From: Promethearchaeota archaeon
GTDB taxonomy: Archaea > Asgardarchaeota > Lokiarchaeia > Sigyniarchaeales > SOKP01
Assembly (NCBI GenBank): GCA_048938895.1
Contig: JBHLLU010000038.1
Coordinates: 1 to 37,899 of the forward strand
Direction of reading: 5' to 3'
DNA: 37,899 nucleotides
The position numbers and the translations under genes are program-made. How positions within the stretch are numbered: position 1 is the first letter of the stretch; each line of letters opens with the position of its first letter. The notes under the pieces are model-generated. The model had not been told where the DNA came from. It ran no database searches and saw only the letters and a program-made list of their open reading frames with translations. Positions 27,694 to 37,159 of this stretch are shown piece by piece.

Positions 27694-29406
27694 ATGAAGA
27701 TAGAAGAATTTGATGTTGTGGTGGTTGGTGCTGGTCTCAGCGGATTAAGAGCGGGATTAGAATTATCATCAAGGTGGAATGTAGCAGTAATTAGTAAAGT
27801 CTATCCTGTTAGATCTCATTCTGGAGCAGCTCAAGGGGGTATCAATGCTGCATTAGGAAATTTAGCAGAGGCAAAAGAGGATACTCCAAAAAAGCATGCA
27901 TTTGACACAATCAAAGGTTCAGATTATCTAGCAGATCAAGACGTTGTAATGTTCATGTGTGAAGAAGCTCCTAAAATTGTGGTTGAATTTGAAAGTATGG
28001 GTGCTCCTTTTTCTCGATTAGAATCTGGATTAATTGCTCAACGTCCTTTTGGTGGTGCTGCGTTTCCACGTACTTGTTATGCGGGGGATAGAACAGGTCA
28101 TGCTTTACTTCATACGCTTAATGAACAATCAGTTCGTAAGGGTGTAACTTTCTTTGATGAATATTTTTTAATTGATCTTTTTTCAGTACAAGGAAAAATT
28201 GCAGGATTGATAGCTCTTGATATTGCCAAAGGAGAGCTTGTTTCATTTAGAGCACCTTATATCATTTTAGCAGCAGGAGGGTTTGGAAGGATATTCAAGC
28301 GTTCTACAAATGCAGTTATTAATACAGGGGATGGCGTAGGAGCTGCCTTTAGAGCGGGTGTACCTATGCAAGATGTTGAGTTTGTCCAATTTCATCCAAC
28401 AACCTTGTATGGGACTAATATTCTCATAACCGAAGGTGCTAGAGGTGAAGGTGGATATCTTTTAAATAAAAATAAAGAACGATTTATGATAAAAACTGCT
28501 CCAAAAGCCATGGAGCTTGCCCCACGAGATATGGTTGCACGAGCAATTGAAACTGAAGTTATTGAGGGTAGAGGTTTTGATAATGCTTATGTCAATCTAG
28601 ATCTTACCCATCTAGGAGCTGATAAAATAAATGAACGATTACCTGGGATCAAAGAGATTAGTATTTACTTTGCTGGGGTTGATCCCATTGAAGAACCAAT
28701 TCCTGTACAACCTGGACAACACTACTCAATGGGAGGAATTGGAACAAAATTTGATGGTGATTATGGTGAAACAGATTTAGATGGATTGTATACGATTGGT
28801 GAATGCTCTTGTTTATCAGTTCATGGTGCAAACCGATTAGGCGGAAATTCATTACTAGAAACAGCTGTATTTGGAAGATATATTGGAAGAAAATTGATAG
28901 AAAAAGGTTTGCCGTCTAAACCATCATTGAGTAAGATCCAAACTGCTGAAGAAGGTACACTCGAGAAGATCGAACAACTCCTTAAAAGTTGGGATACTAA
29001 TACGGGCAAGAAACCGGTAGAACTTAGGAATGAAATGGGTGAAACCCTAAATAAGAATGTTGGAGTCTATAGGAATGAAAAAGATCTTAAAAAAGCGAAC
29101 CAGACTCTTATCAAATTGCAGAGTGAATTTTTAAATGTTCATGTTCCAACTGAAGATAGAAAGTTTAATTTTGGATTAGTTCGCACACTAGAACTTCGGA
29201 GCATGATAGACATTGCAGAAGTCACTGCTTTCGCCTCGTTATGGAGAAAAGAGAGCAGGGGAGCTCATTTTCGCACAGATTATTCTAGCCGAAATGACAA
29301 TGATTATTTAGTACATTCAATGGTTTATAGAAGACAAAACAGGCTAGAAATTAAAACTAAACCCGTTAAATTAGGAATATTTGAAGTAAAAGAGAGGAAA
29401 TACTAA
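27694..29406 (+). CDS. sdhA: Succinate dehydrogenase/fumarate reductase flavoprotein subunit
   Basis: GAGLSG, RSHSGAAQGG (covalent FAD His), QFHPT, ELAPRD, HYSMGG, HGANRLGGNSL, ESRGAH. Confidence 0.93.
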   Translation: MKIEEFDVVVVGAGLSGLRAGLELSSRWNVAVISKVYPVRSHSGAAQGGINAALGNLAEAKEDTPKKHAFDTIKGSDYLADQDVVMFMCEEAPKIVVEFESMGAPFSRLESGLIAQRPFGGAAFPRTCYAGDRTGHALLHTLNEQSVRKGVTFFDEYFLIDLFSVQGKIAGLIALDIAKGELVSFRAPYIILAAGGFGRIFKRSTNAVINTGDGVGAAFRAGVPMQDVEFVQFHPTTLYGTNILITEGARGEGGYLLNKNKERFMIKTAPKAMELAPRDMVARAIETEVIEGRGFDNAYVNLDLTHLGADKINERLPGIKEISIYFAGVDPIEEPIPVQPGQHYSMGGIGTKFDGDYGETDLDGLYTIGECSCLSVHGANRLGGNSLLETAVFGRYIGRKLIEKGLPSKPSLSKIQTAEEGTLEKIEQLLKSWDTNTGKKPVELRNEMGETLNKNVGVYRNEKDLKKANQTLIKLQSEFLNVHVPTEDRKFNFGLVRTLELRSMIDIAEVTAFASLWRKESRGAHFRTDYSSRNDNDYLVHSMVYRRQNRLEIKTKPVKLGIFEVKERKY

Positions 29407-30173
29407 TGGTTAATATGCAGAAATTTTTGGTTTATAGAAATAATGGAGATGGAAATATTCGTTATGATAAATTTGAGGTTCCTTTAACAAAAGGTATGAG
29501 CATATTAGAAGCACTTTTTTATATACAGGATTATATCGATTCCTCTTTAGCATTTCGATACGCTTGTAGAGGTGCTATTTGTGGCTCTTGTGGGATGACA
29601 ATTGATAAAGTACCATTACTCGCATGTAGAACTCAGGTTTTAACTGTAAAGTCTTCAACGAAACCTGTTAATCTGCCTGAATTCAAATTAGGGGAATATC
29701 AAAATTGGAACTCCACAACCGAAATTTTGATTGAACCCTTACCTAATATGGCTGTATTGAAAGATCTAGTAGTCGATATGGAACCATTCTGGAAATTTTA
29801 TAGAGAAATTGAACCATTTTTCATAAAAGAATGGAATGATAAAGCTCCTGAATCTTCACAGTTTCCTAATCAAATGAAAAAAATTGAGCGCTTAGTTTAT
29901 TGTATTCTTTGTGGATTGTGTTGGGCCTGTCCAGTTAGTAAAATCAATCCAAATTATCTTGGACCAGCACAATTAGCTAAGGCTGATAGATTTGTAAGAG
30001 ATTCTAGAATTACAGACAAAAAACAGGAATCTATTCTTAGACGAGTATTAGAACATGACGCAGTTCCTGCATGTGAGAAGTATTTTGTATGTAATCGAGT
30101 TTGTCCTAAAGATGTTCTGCCCGGTATTGCAATAAAGGATATAAGAGAAAATTGGATGAGCAAAAAAGATTAA
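29406..30173 (+). CDS. sdhB: Succinate dehydrogenase/fumarate reductase Fe-S subunit
   Basis: CRGAICGSC..LAC (2Fe-2S), CILCGLCWACP, CEKYFVCNRVCP. TAATG overlap with sdhA. Confidence 0.9.
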   Translation: MVNMQKFLVYRNNGDGNIRYDKFEVPLTKGMSILEALFYIQDYIDSSLAFRYACRGAICGSCGMTIDKVPLLACRTQVLTVKSSTKPVNLPEFKLGEYQNWNSTTEILIEPLPNMAVLKDLVVDMEPFWKFYREIEPFFIKEWNDKAPESSQFPNQMKKIERLVYCILCGLCWACPVSKINPNYLGPAQLAKADRFVRDSRITDKKQESILRRVLEHDAVPACEKYFVCNRVCPKDVLPGIAIKDIRENWMSKKD

Positions 30174-30184
30174 ACAATATGATT

Positions 30185-31279
30185 TTATTTGATTTTTCTA
30201 CCAACTAGATATAGCACACAGCAACCATTACAAATTGGTAAAAGTAAACTCTGTTTCATATAATTTCTAAATCTATTAAACAATCCTCCATTCCAAATTT
30301 CATCAAGACTTTGCTCATATAAATTACCAAGAGTAAAATCAAAAAATATATGACAAGGAGCAACATCCCCTGATGCAGTTATATTTATTCCTCCCCAAGG
30401 AGCAGGACAACCATTATATCTGTCATTCATTTTATTCCAATCAGCTTTAAAATATGCATTAAAATTATTATAGGAACAAGTAGGAGGCAAAATACGAGCT
30501 TTTTTACCATGATTTGTAAGATATTTCAGAACATTGCATACTTGACGAGTTAGTTCCTTTACGTCCATTTGGTCAAAATAATTTGGAGATCTCACCATTC
30601 CATGCCAATATTTATCGCTTTTAATACCAAACTCAGATTCCATCCATATTGCATAAGCATTTCCCATTTCTTCAGTGATAAAATTTTCCATTTGGAAGGT
30701 TACATCCTCATATAAAGAGAGATTTAAATTGTTCATAAAAAAATCCTCAATTACAGTATAAGTTAAAGGAGTAATTGTATACAATATTTCGATGTGGGGT
30801 ATTTTAGAATTAGATTTAAGCTTTTCTTCTGCTAAGCACTCTATTCCATACATTGCTCTGTCATAAGAACCAAGCCCTCTTTGTAGATCATTTACTTTTC
30901 GCGTACCGTCGATTGAAAGACGGATTAAGTCAAATTTTGTTTTAACTAACATTTTTGCATCCTTGTCTAAAAGTGTGCCATTAGTAGGAGTATTTATGTG
31001 AAATTTCGCCTCTTTTACTGTTTTAATTAATTCTTCTAAGTAGGGATAAGTTAAAGGTTCACCTCCAAATAGAGAAATATATGCAGGTCCTTGATCTAAC
31101 TCGCCAATAACCCGTTTGATCAAATCAATATCTAACATCTTAGGTTTATTCTGGGAAGATTCTCTAGTAAAACAACCTTTTTCACCCCAAAAATAACACA
31201 TTTTACAACGAAGATTACAATTCTCAGTTACTTGAAGATCCAGGGAAACAGGAAGTTTAGATTTTTTGGTTTCAACCAT
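30185..31279 (-). CDS. Radical SAM protein with C-terminal SPASM/twitch domain
   Basis: CNLRCKMC, FGGEP, TNGTL, SIDG; CPAPW...GDVAPC...CNGC. Confidence 0.88.
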   Translation of the reverse strand: MVETKKSKLPVSLDLQVTENCNLRCKMCYFWGEKGCFTRESSQNKPKMLDIDLIKRVIGELDQGPAYISLFGGEPLTYPYLEELIKTVKEAKFHINTPTNGTLLDKDAKMLVKTKFDLIRLSIDGTRKVNDLQRGLGSYDRAMYGIECLAEEKLKSNSKIPHIEILYTITPLTYTVIEDFFMNNLNLSLYEDVTFQMENFITEEMGNAYAIWMESEFGIKSDKYWHGMVRSPNYFDQMDVKELTRQVCNVLKYLTNHGKKARILPPTCSYNNFNAYFKADWNKMNDRYNGCPAPWGGINITASGDVAPCHIFFDFTLGNLYEQSLDEIWNGGLFNRFRNYMKQSLLLPICNGCCVLYLVGRKIK

Positions 31280-31449
31280 AATCTACTCAAAGTTCTTTTT
31301 AGATTATTAAGTTTAAAATTTAAGAATCTACCAATAATTAATTAAGAGAAAGAGTAATTATGCTTTAATATCTTTTCCTTGTATCTAGAATCAACAAAAG
31401 AAAAAGTTTATTTAGGATTAGATTCAATTTAAAAAAAAGGTGAAAAAAT

Positions 31450-32529
31450 TTGACAATTAAAACAAAAATTACTGAAATGTTTGGAATTAAATATCCAATC
31501 GTTAGTGCCCCCATGGGCCCTTTTCGTACAGTTGAATTAGCAATAGCAGTTTCACAAGCAGGTGGGCTTGGGACGATATCCCATACAACAGTTTCTATGG
31601 ATGGTTATGAAAAGAATACCTTAGAAGCCTTAAAGAAGAACCTTGATTATGCTATCGAGCAAACAGATAAACCATTTGGATTTAATATTATAACTTCGAG
31701 AAATATAGTCGATTGCGACAATTTAATAAGTGGAGCAGCAAAACACATTATGGATAATCCTAAACTGAGAGAGCAGTGTTTATATGCCCTTTCTAGTGCT
31801 GGTTCATCTAGAAGAATGCCTGAAAATAAAGAATTTCAAAAATTAAGGAAAGCAACGGAGATCAAGCACTTTCACGTTTCTCCAGCACTTTGGTTAGCTG
31901 ACAAGAGTGTTGCTTCGGGAGTTGATGGTCTGGTAATTACTGGATTCGAAGGTGGTGGCCATCAATCCTACGAACAAGTAGGAGGGATAGTTTTACAACA
32001 ACAGATCCAGCAAAAATATCCTGATATCCCAAGGATTGCGTGTGGTGGATATGCAACAGGAGCAGGCTTGGCAGCCGCATTATCTCTAGGTGCAGATGCA
32101 ATTGCCATGGGTTCAAGATTTATTGCATCTGAGGATAGCGAATTTCATGAAAATTACAAAGCTGTTATTCCACCTGCTAAAGCCCAAGATACAATTATAA
32201 GAACAGGTGCACTCAGTATCATTAGATATTGGAGAAATAAATTTGCCTTATCAAAAGGATTAGTAAAAACTAAAGAGGAAAAAATAGCAGAGGAAAAAGC
32301 CTTAGCTGATCACCGTGCCGTAATTTCACAAGAAGATCTTGCTGAAGAATTAAGAAAAGATGCAAAGGCAGCTTTTGCAGCTTACCAAGGGGATATGGAG
32401 AATGGTGGAGTTTTAATAGGGCAGAGTATTGGAATCATAAATAAAATCGAAAAAGTTTCAGACATTATAGAAAGAATAGTTAAAGAAGCTGAAGTAGCGT
32501 TAAAAACTGCTTCGGGTTATTTTCAATAA
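31450..32529 (+). CDS. Nitronate monooxygenase / FabK-like FMN oxidoreductase
   Basis: YPIVSAPM, AVSQAGGLG, GFEGGGH, GADAIAMGSRF, GQSIGII. TTG start after AGGTGA. Confidence 0.85.
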   Translation: MTIKTKITEMFGIKYPIVSAPMGPFRTVELAIAVSQAGGLGTISHTTVSMDGYEKNTLEALKKNLDYAIEQTDKPFGFNIITSRNIVDCDNLISGAAKHIMDNPKLREQCLYALSSAGSSRRMPENKEFQKLRKATEIKHFHVSPALWLADKSVASGVDGLVITGFEGGGHQSYEQVGGIVLQQQIQQKYPDIPRIACGGYATGAGLAAALSLGADAIAMGSRFIASEDSEFHENYKAVIPPAKAQDTIIRTGALSIIRYWRNKFALSKGLVKTKEEKIAEEKALADHRAVISQEDLAEELRKDAKAAFAAYQGDMENGGVLIGQSIGIINKIEKVSDIIERIVKEAEVALKTASGYFQ

Positions 32530-32671
32530 TTTCTATTTCTAATTTATTTTTTATTTTCTCAAAAATCTGATAATATAAATTCAATATTTTTTACTTCCCA
32601 AAGGATAGTTTTAATTATTAATTCTGTATTTTTAAAAAATATTCCCTATGTAATAATGAGAGGTAATTGTA

Positions 32672-33583
32672 ATGTCAGAAGAGATTATTAAAAGAAAATT
32701 TCCTCAATTTAAAAGCGAATTTGCTGAAGTTAATAATATTAAGCTTCACTATGTTAAAGCAGGTCCGGAAAATGGAAAATTAATTATTTTCTTACATGGA
32801 TTTCCGCAATTTTGGTATATGTGGAGAGATCAACTCTTGGATTTTTCAAGAGATTATTTAGCAGTAGCTCCCGATATGAGGGGATATAATCTTTCTTCAA
32901 AACCTGAAGACTTGGAACAGTATCAACCCCATCATATGGTAGAAGATCTCAGAGCATTGGTAGAAGATCACTTTAGTAGAAAGAAATTTATTTTAGTAGG
33001 ACATGATTGGGGAGGCGTTGTTGCATATCCTTTTGCAAATCAGCACCCTAATTTAGTAGAGAAGTTAATAATAATAAATGCTCCTCATCCAAGCGTTTTT
33101 GCCGGGTTAATTTCGAAAAATAAGGATCAACAATCATCTAGTCAATACATTCTATTTTTTCGATCACAAAATGCTGAAAATTATCTAAAAGCAAATGACT
33201 TTCAAAATTTATTTAATGTGATAATCACTCCCGAGATGGAATTTGATGAAGATGATCGTCAGATATATAGAGATGCTTGGGCTCAACCTGGGGCTTTAAC
33301 TGGTGGTCTAAATTATTATCGTGCTGGAGGTTTACGTCCCCCTTCACAAGGAGAGGATATTTCAGAACTTGCAAGTGAAGGAATGCAAATTAATCGAGTC
33401 ATGATAAACATTCCCACATTAGTTATTTGGGCTGAAAAAGATACTGCTCTTACTGTTCATAACATAGAAGTTCTTGATGAATTCGTGCCTGATTTAATAA
33501 TTAAACGTATTCCCGAAGGATCTCACTGGGTTATAAATGAACAACCTGATAAAATTAACTCATTGATACGTGATTTTCTTTAA
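32672..33583 (+). CDS. Epoxide hydrolase-like alpha/beta hydrolase
   Basis: HGFP, PDMRGYNLS, GHDWGG (Asp nucleophile), NYYRA, SHWV. Confidence 0.88.
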   Translation: MSEEIIKRKFPQFKSEFAEVNNIKLHYVKAGPENGKLIIFLHGFPQFWYMWRDQLLDFSRDYLAVAPDMRGYNLSSKPEDLEQYQPHHMVEDLRALVEDHFSRKKFILVGHDWGGVVAYPFANQHPNLVEKLIIINAPHPSVFAGLISKNKDQQSSSQYILFFRSQNAENYLKANDFQNLFNVIITPEMEFDEDDRQIYRDAWAQPGALTGGLNYYRAGGLRPPSQGEDISELASEGMQINRVMINIPTLVIWAEKDTALTVHNIEVLDEFVPDLIIKRIPEGSHWVINEQPDKINSLIRDFL

Positions 33584-33688
33584 GTAGGCTTGGTTTAGTT
33601 ATAAAATCCATTTCAAATTTATTTAATATTAATATAAACTTTTTTTATTGCGGCTTTTCTAATAAGCTTATAAAATTTCATTTTAAAG

Positions 33689-35086
33689 TTGATCAAAATT
33701 TCTAAATATCGAATTGAGAAAGATATTTTAGGAGAAATTAAGGTACCTGACAGTGCATATTGGGGTATTAATACCCAACGAGCAATTGAAAACTTTCAAA
33801 TTAGTGGCATTACTTTCCCTAAAATTTTTATTTCTTCTTTAGCTGTATTAAAAAAAGCTACTACTTTAGCAAATATAGATTTGAATTTGATTGACGAGAA
33901 TATAGGGACTGCAATTATTAAAGCTGCAGAGGAAATATTTAAAGAAGGAAAATATTCTGATCAATTTCCAATTGATTTTTATCAAACTGGGAGTGGTACT
34001 CAGACGAATATGAATATGAATGAAGTGCTAGCAAATAGAGCTAATGAAATCTTAGGATTTCCTAAGGGGGAAAAAACTCCTGTACATCCAAATGATCATG
34101 TAAATAGATGTCAATCTTCTAACGATGTTATTCCAACTACTATGCATATTTCAGCACTCCTTCTCATAAATCAAAAATTATTTCCAGCTTTAAAAAGACT
34201 AGTTGAAGGATTAACATTAAAAATTGAGGAATTTAAAGAAGTTATCAAAGTAGGAAGAACTCATCTTCAAGATGCTGTTCCAATTCCCTTATCTTTAGAA
34301 TTTGAAGTATATAAAAAACAAATTATCACATGTGAAAACCGAATAAATAATGCTTGTAAAGAGCTTTATCAAATTCCTATTGGTGGAACCGCATTAGGAA
34401 CTGGATTAAATGCAAGTGACGGTTTTGCCCAATTAACTATTGATTACTTATCAAATATGACAGAATTACCTTTTGAGCATAACCCGGTTATGGCGGAAGG
34501 AATATCTTCGCATAATGTAATTTCTAACCTAAGTAGTTCTTTAAAAAATTTAGCATTATCTTTATTGAAAATGGCAAATGATATTAGATGGATGGGAAGT
34601 GGTCCAAGAGCAGGACTTATGGAATTAATTCTACCTAAAAATGAACCTGGATCCTCTATAATGCCCGGGAAAGTTAATCCTACTCAATCTGAATCATTAA
34701 TACAAGTATGCCTAAGAGTTATAGGAAATGACGCAATTATTACCTACTCAGAAGCTTATGGAAGTATTCTTGATTTAAATGTTTGTAAACCCTTGATGAT
34801 TTTCAGTCTTTTAGATTCTATAGAAATTATCAGTAATTCAATTAATTCTTTTATTGACCATTGCCTTTTAGACATAAAAGCTAACAGACAGCAAATCAAT
34901 TCTCAATTGGACAATTTGCTTATGTTAGTTACAAATCTCACTCCCATATTAGGGTATGATAAATGCTCAGCAATTGCTATTAAAGCCTATGATGAAAATA
35001 AGACAATTAAAGATGTTATTGAAGAAATGGGAATTGAGATAGGGGAAGACCTTGATGAAATTTTAGATCCAAAAAAGATGGTTTGA
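33689..35086 (+). CDS. fumC: Class II fumarate hydratase
   Basis: QTGSGTQTNMN, HPNDHVN..QSSND, GRTHLQDA, GSSIMPGKVNPTQ. Confidence 0.9.
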   Translation: MIKISKYRIEKDILGEIKVPDSAYWGINTQRAIENFQISGITFPKIFISSLAVLKKATTLANIDLNLIDENIGTAIIKAAEEIFKEGKYSDQFPIDFYQTGSGTQTNMNMNEVLANRANEILGFPKGEKTPVHPNDHVNRCQSSNDVIPTTMHISALLLINQKLFPALKRLVEGLTLKIEEFKEVIKVGRTHLQDAVPIPLSLEFEVYKKQIITCENRINNACKELYQIPIGGTALGTGLNASDGFAQLTIDYLSNMTELPFEHNPVMAEGISSHNVISNLSSSLKNLALSLLKMANDIRWMGSGPRAGLMELILPKNEPGSSIMPGKVNPTQSESLIQVCLRVIGNDAIITYSEAYGSILDLNVCKPLMIFSLLDSIEIISNSINSFIDHCLLDIKANRQQINSQLDNLLMLVTNLTPILGYDKCSAIAIKAYDENKTIKDVIEEMGIEIGEDLDEILDPKKMV

Positions 35087-35095
35087 GGTGAAAAT

Positions 35096-36163
35096 GTGAC
35101 CATAGATATAAAAACTGTAGAAGATGTTAGGAATTTAGCAAGAGAGAAATTAAAGGGTATATGTGGTGTTTATAAAGATTGTGATGGTGATCCACGAAGG
35201 TTATGTCAGGGGCAGAGTTATGGAAGAGCACTTGGAATAGGAGGTATAGGAAGTGGAACAAGTTTCAATAATAATTTTTTAGCCCTTCGTAAGTATCAAT
35301 TAAAAATGAAGTTAGTAGAACCTGATTTTGATTCTAATACCACATATGATTTCTTTGGAAATAAACTTACTATGCCCATCATGGCAGCAAGTGTTGCCGG
35401 AGTTAATAGTTTTGGCGGAGAGAAAGTTATAGCTGAGCAGGACTTTTGTCGTTCCGTAGTTTTAGGGTGTAGAGATGCGGGAACAGTAGGATGGAGAGGA
35501 GATACATATACGTATTCCCTCGAAAATTCGTATGCTCTTAATGCTATAGCAGAAGCTGGAGGATGGGGTGTTAAAATAGTAAAACCAAGAGAACAAGGAA
35601 CTATAATGCAATTTTTTAATAAGGCAGAAGAAGTTAGATGTATAGCTGTTGGTGTTGATATAGATGGTTCTGGATCGTATGCTATGGCTACTCATAATAA
35701 ACCAGTTTTTAAAAAATCTGTTAAGGAACTAGAAGAATTAATATCTGCTACAAGTCTTCCTGTTATTATAAAAGGTGTAATGTGTGTTGATGATGCTATG
35801 AAAGCCGTAGAAGCTGGAGCTGCTGCTATCGTGGTTTCTAATCATGGGGGCCGAGTTTTAGATCATACACCTGGAACTGCTGACGTTCTCCCAGATATTG
35901 TTGAAGCATTAAAAGGAAAGACAAAAATAATTGTAGATGGTGGGATTCGTACTGGTTACGATGTGTTAAAAATGCTTGCACTTGGTGCCGAATCTGTGTT
36001 AATTGGACGAGATATCATTAGAGCCGCTGTAGGTGCAGGAATTAATGGTGTAAGAATTCATATGGAATATATGCAAAAAACCTTACAGAAAGCTATGAAA
36101 ATGACAAATTGTGAGACATTAAAAGATATATCTCCTAATATTTTATATTTTGATAATAATTAG
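35096..36163 (+). CDS. FMN-dependent alpha-hydroxy-acid dehydrogenase/oxidase family
   Basis: IIKGV, VSNHGGR (catalytic His), DGGIRTG, IGR; N-terminal Cys cluster. GTG start after GAGGTGA. Confidence 0.88.
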   Translation: MTIDIKTVEDVRNLAREKLKGICGVYKDCDGDPRRLCQGQSYGRALGIGGIGSGTSFNNNFLALRKYQLKMKLVEPDFDSNTTYDFFGNKLTMPIMAASVAGVNSFGGEKVIAEQDFCRSVVLGCRDAGTVGWRGDTYTYSLENSYALNAIAEAGGWGVKIVKPREQGTIMQFFNKAEEVRCIAVGVDIDGSGSYAMATHNKPVFKKSVKELEELISATSLPVIIKGVMCVDDAMKAVEAGAAAIVVSNHGGRVLDHTPGTADVLPDIVEALKGKTKIIVDGGIRTGYDVLKMLALGAESVLIGRDIIRAAVGAGINGVRIHMEYMQKTLQKAMKMTNCETLKDISPNILYFDNN

Positions 36164-36192
36164 AGAATTAAATCTATAATACGGATCAAAAA

Positions 36193-37011
36193 ATGGAAAA
36201 AGGAGAAATTATTGGTAAGGGTCGAACTGCAGAAGTGATTTTTTGGGGAAATAACAAGGTTCTAAAACTTTTTTATAGGGACTTTTCAAGCGAATCTATA
36301 GATTATCAATATAAAGTAGATTTACTTGTTGGGAAAATTTTTCCTAATTGCCCTAAAGTATTCGATAAAATTGAAGAAAGGAGTAGGATTGGAATTATTT
36401 ATGAATATATTGAAGGAAAAGAATTAAGGGAAATCATGGGGAGAAAAATTAAAACAGTTGGGAAGGCTCTTAGGATGTTAGCAGAAGTCCATTCTGATTT
36501 GCATAAATTTGAAGTTGCTGATATCCATACTCAAAAAGAAGCATTCTCAATAGCAATTCAGAAGACAGATTTATTAGATAAGAATCAAAAGAAGAAGATT
36601 TTAGCTTATTTGGAAAAGTTATCTGATGGGAATAAAATCTGTCATGGAGATTTTCATCCAGAAAATGTTTTAGTCTCGAATGGTAAATTTTATGTGATGG
36701 ATTGGGGTATTACTTATTCAGGTAATCCAATTGGAGATGTTGCAAGAACTTTTTATATACTTAAATACGGTTTAGCCCCGTCTGATGAATATACCCTTCG
36801 AAAAAGTATCATTCATAGATTCTTTTTCAAAAGAATAAAATCACTTATAGCAAATACATACCTAAAGCGATATAAGGAACTTACTGGAATTTCCTTAAAA
36901 GAGATAAAAAAATGGGATCTTATAATATTTGCAGCACGTCTTCGTGACCCTGTGCCTTTAGAATATGATTTTCTGTTGGAAATGATTAAAAAGAAAATTA
37001 AAAGTCTTTAG
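36193..37011 (+). CDS. Aminoglycoside phosphotransferase / choline kinase-like small-molecule kinase
   Basis: IGKGRTAEV, VLKLF, CHGDFHPENV, MDW, GNP.GDVART. Confidence 0.85.
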   Translation: MEKGEIIGKGRTAEVIFWGNNKVLKLFYRDFSSESIDYQYKVDLLVGKIFPNCPKVFDKIEERSRIGIIYEYIEGKELREIMGRKIKTVGKALRMLAEVHSDLHKFEVADIHTQKEAFSIAIQKTDLLDKNQKKKILAYLEKLSDGNKICHGDFHPENVLVSNGKFYVMDWGITYSGNPIGDVARTFYILKYGLAPSDEYTLRKSIIHRFFFKRIKSLIANTYLKRYKELTGISLKEIKKWDLIIFAARLRDPVPLEYDFLLEMIKKKIKSL

Positions 37012-37159
37012 TTATGTTCAATTATCTATTTCAATCTTAATACCTTACCTTTTAAAAATAAAAATCCCTCCCAAATTAATGTTTTAAAAGACTAAGAAAT
37101 AAATAACTCTCTATTTTACTTTAAGGTAAATCTAACATTTCAAAAAATAGGTTTTATTC

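Noticed and set aside
35094-35099. ATG-TGA start-stop element overlapping the GTG start
   Set aside because: The ATG is only 2 nt from the SD; probably coincidental.
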